Positions 61,250 through 64,000 of a DNA stretch of 64,000 bases are shown in pieces; the first letter of the stretch is position 1; each line of letters starts with the position of its first letter. The notes under the pieces were generated by a model. It was not told the DNA's origin. It ran no database searches and worked only from the letters and a program-made list of their open reading frames with translations. The stretch lies in NCBI RefSeq assembly GCF_000143415.4, contig NW_003314261.1, positions 3,898,880-3,962,879 on the forward strand, given 5' to 3'. This DNA comes from Selaginella moellendorffii. Lineage: Eukaryota > Plantae > Lycopodiophyta. The position numbers were made by a program, and so were the translations under genes.

Positions 61250-62205
61250 GCAATTGTACCAATTGCTGCTCCAGAGTCAAAGGAGGAGATTGTTGATCTG
61301 CTATGGAGACGAATGAAAAAGAAAGAGCAAAAGAAGAGAAACGACAAAAAGCTAGAAGGAAATGGTAGATCTAGACAATGCAAAAAGCTAGATCTAAACC
61401 AAAATCCTAAAGGAAAGAACAAAAGAAAGGAAATGGAAAAAGCTAGATCTAGACAATGCAAAAGCTAGATCTAAACTAAAATCCCAAATCCAAGTACTCC
61501 CCAGGGACAATCAAAGGTGCCCCTCAACTCCACCAATGTGAGTGCATGGAATATGGAAAGGGAATACAGAAATGTGCATATCAATTAGCCCAAAAACCCT
61601 AGCTTATATACAGGAGCGAGTGGTCCGAATTGAAACCAATCCGACGGCTACCAAAATCCCACTACACTAATATTAGTATACGGCATCGTAGTCGTACACT
61701 TGGCCCTCACATAGTCTTTATAATTAAATCATAGGTATTCATTTGCATTTTACAAATGTTGACTTTTGGGGATAACGCAATTAAGTTGGATAAGGTCTGA
61801 AGTTGGTGTAAAAAAGTGGACATTACACTTTTCTAGGAAAGTGACCATTATGCATTTCTACTGTATCCTTATGTTTGGTAGTAAATTGCACCTTGCATTT
61901 TAATAAACTTTATGAGAGTAGTGCTCTCATTGATCTAAACTTGGTCTTAGTAGTTTTACACTTTGGTTGAGGATAGTGATGTCCAACTTAGTTGTTTGTG
62001 GTTGATGTGTTAATATCTATATTATAACTTTGTTTATGAGGAGGTTGTGTACTAATAAAAATCATGGTACAACCTATAATATTCTTCTCAACACATCTAA
62101 AAGCCAAACTTCATAACGCAAAAGCTAATGAACTTTTTCTAGAGTTATGTCCTTGGCAGTAGTCTAAATTAGAGTATGTGTCTTCGGGTACCCTTTATCC
62201 TATGG

Positions 62206-64000
62206 TGATTTACCATAGGATACCACCACGAAGCGGAACCTAAACCCTCTTTCTGCCACGTGACAAATGCCACATGTCATATGCCACGTGTCCAAAGGAA
62301 CGTGGTGTGGAACCCGAGGTTCAAGGCCTTGGGCCACTGAACGAAGGAACGGTGCCAAACTCCCAAGCAACTTCGTAAACACATTGCTCATTATCGTATG
62401 GATATGATATAAATATCACAATGAATTGATCATCAAGTCATATACTTGTCCAACATAAACGTAATACCTCAAGCACGAGATAAAGGTTCATGGACAGGCA
62501 TGAACTAAATGACTATTCGAATCCAACTCATCTGCAATAAACTTACCAATACGTCTAGCCAATAGCTTTGAGCATGCCTTGAAGAGGCTAACTATGCATG
62601 ATTAACACTTAATTGAAACTAAAGTGAAAACCATGAAATGAACTCATATCGGTACACAACCTCCTCATAGACTAAATTATAGTACAAGTACCAACATCTC
62701 AACCTCAAACAATTAAGTTGGACATCACTATCCTCAGCCAAGGCGCAGGGCTACCAAGACTAAGTTAAGATCAATGAGAGCTCACTACTCTCATAGAGTT
62801 TAATGAAATGCAAGGTGCAACTTGCCACCGAGCATAACGCTACAGAAGAAAGGCACAAGGGTCACCTTTTTTAGAAAAGTGCAACGGCCACTTTTCTACA
62901 CCAACTCTAGACTCTATTCAACTCAATTGCATTAGCCCCAAAAGTCAACATCCCTTCTGGGCTTCATCATACAAATTACTTACTAAAGTTTAAGCCAACC
63001 AAAGTCAACTCCAACCCCTTCACTAGTTTGTATTGGCTTATGCAAATGGAATGGTTTTCGAGCAAAGTGACTAATAGATCAGCTATTGGAAAAGTTTAAG
63101 AAAATTCGTGGAAAATTTTCCATCCTAGAGAAAGAATGACTCTCAGTCCAAGAATACAAACTTTCAAGACTCAACCAACTTCCTCCTACCTACAACTTCA
63201 CATAAGTTCACTTCAACACCAATTCTCATGACCCATAGTATGCTTAAGCTTCAAACATCTTTGCCCATACTTTCGACATCCAACATCGACATCCGCAAAA
63301 ATGCAAAATGAATATCCAAAGCTTGATCACGAAGACCACATCTTCGGATATCCACATTTGCACTAACACTCTTCTTCAACCACCTTCAAGATCCAATGTG
63401 AAGCCAAAACACTAACAAGAAAAATGACATAGAAATCAAGCTTTAAGGAAAAAATTCCTCATCAGCCACTTCCACTAACACAAGTGCTAGCAATGTCAAT
63501 GCCTCAACTACACACCTTCTCCATCCAACAATCTACTCCAAGTGCTAACAAATCAACCGATGAGCTATAGCAAATGAATGCTACAACCTTTTTCCAACAC
63601 CTTATGAGCAAACTTTAAAAAACAAGGTACCAATTTAAGCTTAGCATAATGGACCACCATTGAGAATCTAGTCAAAGCTATTACAATACTACTATATGTA
63701 AGTAGACTAGCTTCTCCATCAACTACTTTGGTGTTGATCATCATTTACCCAAGCAACTTCATAAACACATTGCTCATTATCGTATGGATATGATATAAAT
63801 ATCACAATGAATTGATCATCAATTGAGCAATAGCATAAGCAACACCCATGTCATTATTTCAAAGGTTTTTGTGAATATCAAGTGCTAACTCAATTCGACA
63901 AAATGCAACATAAATGCCACACTCCATCAATAGAGATTTACAACATCTAACACCACTAACTTTTGTTCACAACACGGATAAACTCATGCTACTCTTTTTC
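62206..64000 (-). mobile_element. Second, inverted decayed copia-like copy (LTR end plus RT remnant), runs off the window
   Basis: 62650-62950 is reverse-complementary to 61757-62055, and 63300-63970 to 56190-56825. A 74-bp block is duplicated at 62363-62435 and 63748-63822. Confidence 0.65.

Larger units (their letters stand above)
56826..61711 (-). mobile_element. Structurally complete non-chromovirus Ty3/gypsy LTR retrotransposon (4886 bp, 175-bp LTRs, TSD TAGT), inactivated by point stops
   Basis: LTRs 56826-57000 and 61537-61711; TAGT on both flanks; PBS TGGTGGAGTTGAGGGG (61520-61535); PPT GAGAGGAGGGGATGA (57001-57015); domain order gag-PR-RT-RH-INT. Confidence 0.97.
54549..62070 (+). 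mobile_element. Heavily decayed Ty1/copia-like sequence (LTR-like segment, PBS remnant, RT remnants), interrupted by the gypsy element
   Basis: 54549-54705 is homologous to 62206-62362. TAGTATTAGAGC (tRNA-iMet PBS-like) at ~55289-55300. RT-like LFVVDVLI (cf. LYVDDxLI) near 61993. Homologous to the inverted copy at 62650-64000. Confidence 0.55.

Overview
Eukaryotic nuclear DNA from a very compact land-plant genome. Tiny 45-60 nt introns, PLS-PPR genes, RAV/FRIGIDA-like/BASS1 genes and retained cilium-associated genes suggest a lycophyte such as Selaginella; this is an inference. A GC-rich, gene-dense core at about 13.8-48.4 kb holds about 20 genes: RMR E3 ligase, UPF0193, DPY-30, PPT1-like thioesterase, AP-3 delta, RAV, EPL1, OTU, PDK1, CCDC146/MBO2, an EF-hand protein, BASS1, PLS-PPR, TXNL4B, an ERI1-type exonuclease, FRIGIDA-like, BCAT and several small ORFs. 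A small gene island at 1-4.6 kb holds a rhodanese gene, a lectin fusion and a PPR-SMR gene. AT-rich, C-to-T-eroded repeat zones lie at 4.7-13 kb and 48.5-64 kb. They contain LTR-retrotransposon debris, two solo LTRs with TSDs, a 7 x ~315 bp satellite, a 100-N gap, and a structurally complete 4.9 kb Ty3/gypsy element nested in a decayed copia-like element. Most notable observations: (1) an intact, AT-rich, intronless gene fusing an unknown N-terminal domain to a bulb-type mannose lectin, plus a second pseudogenised fusion of the same architecture; (2) a TAATG stop-restart junction between gag and pol in a tRNA-Ala-primed gypsy element; (3) a chain of seven co-oriented ORFs separated by only 24-133 nt, a polycistronic candidate; (4) an animal/fungal-type BCAT; (5) unannotated small-peptide genes.
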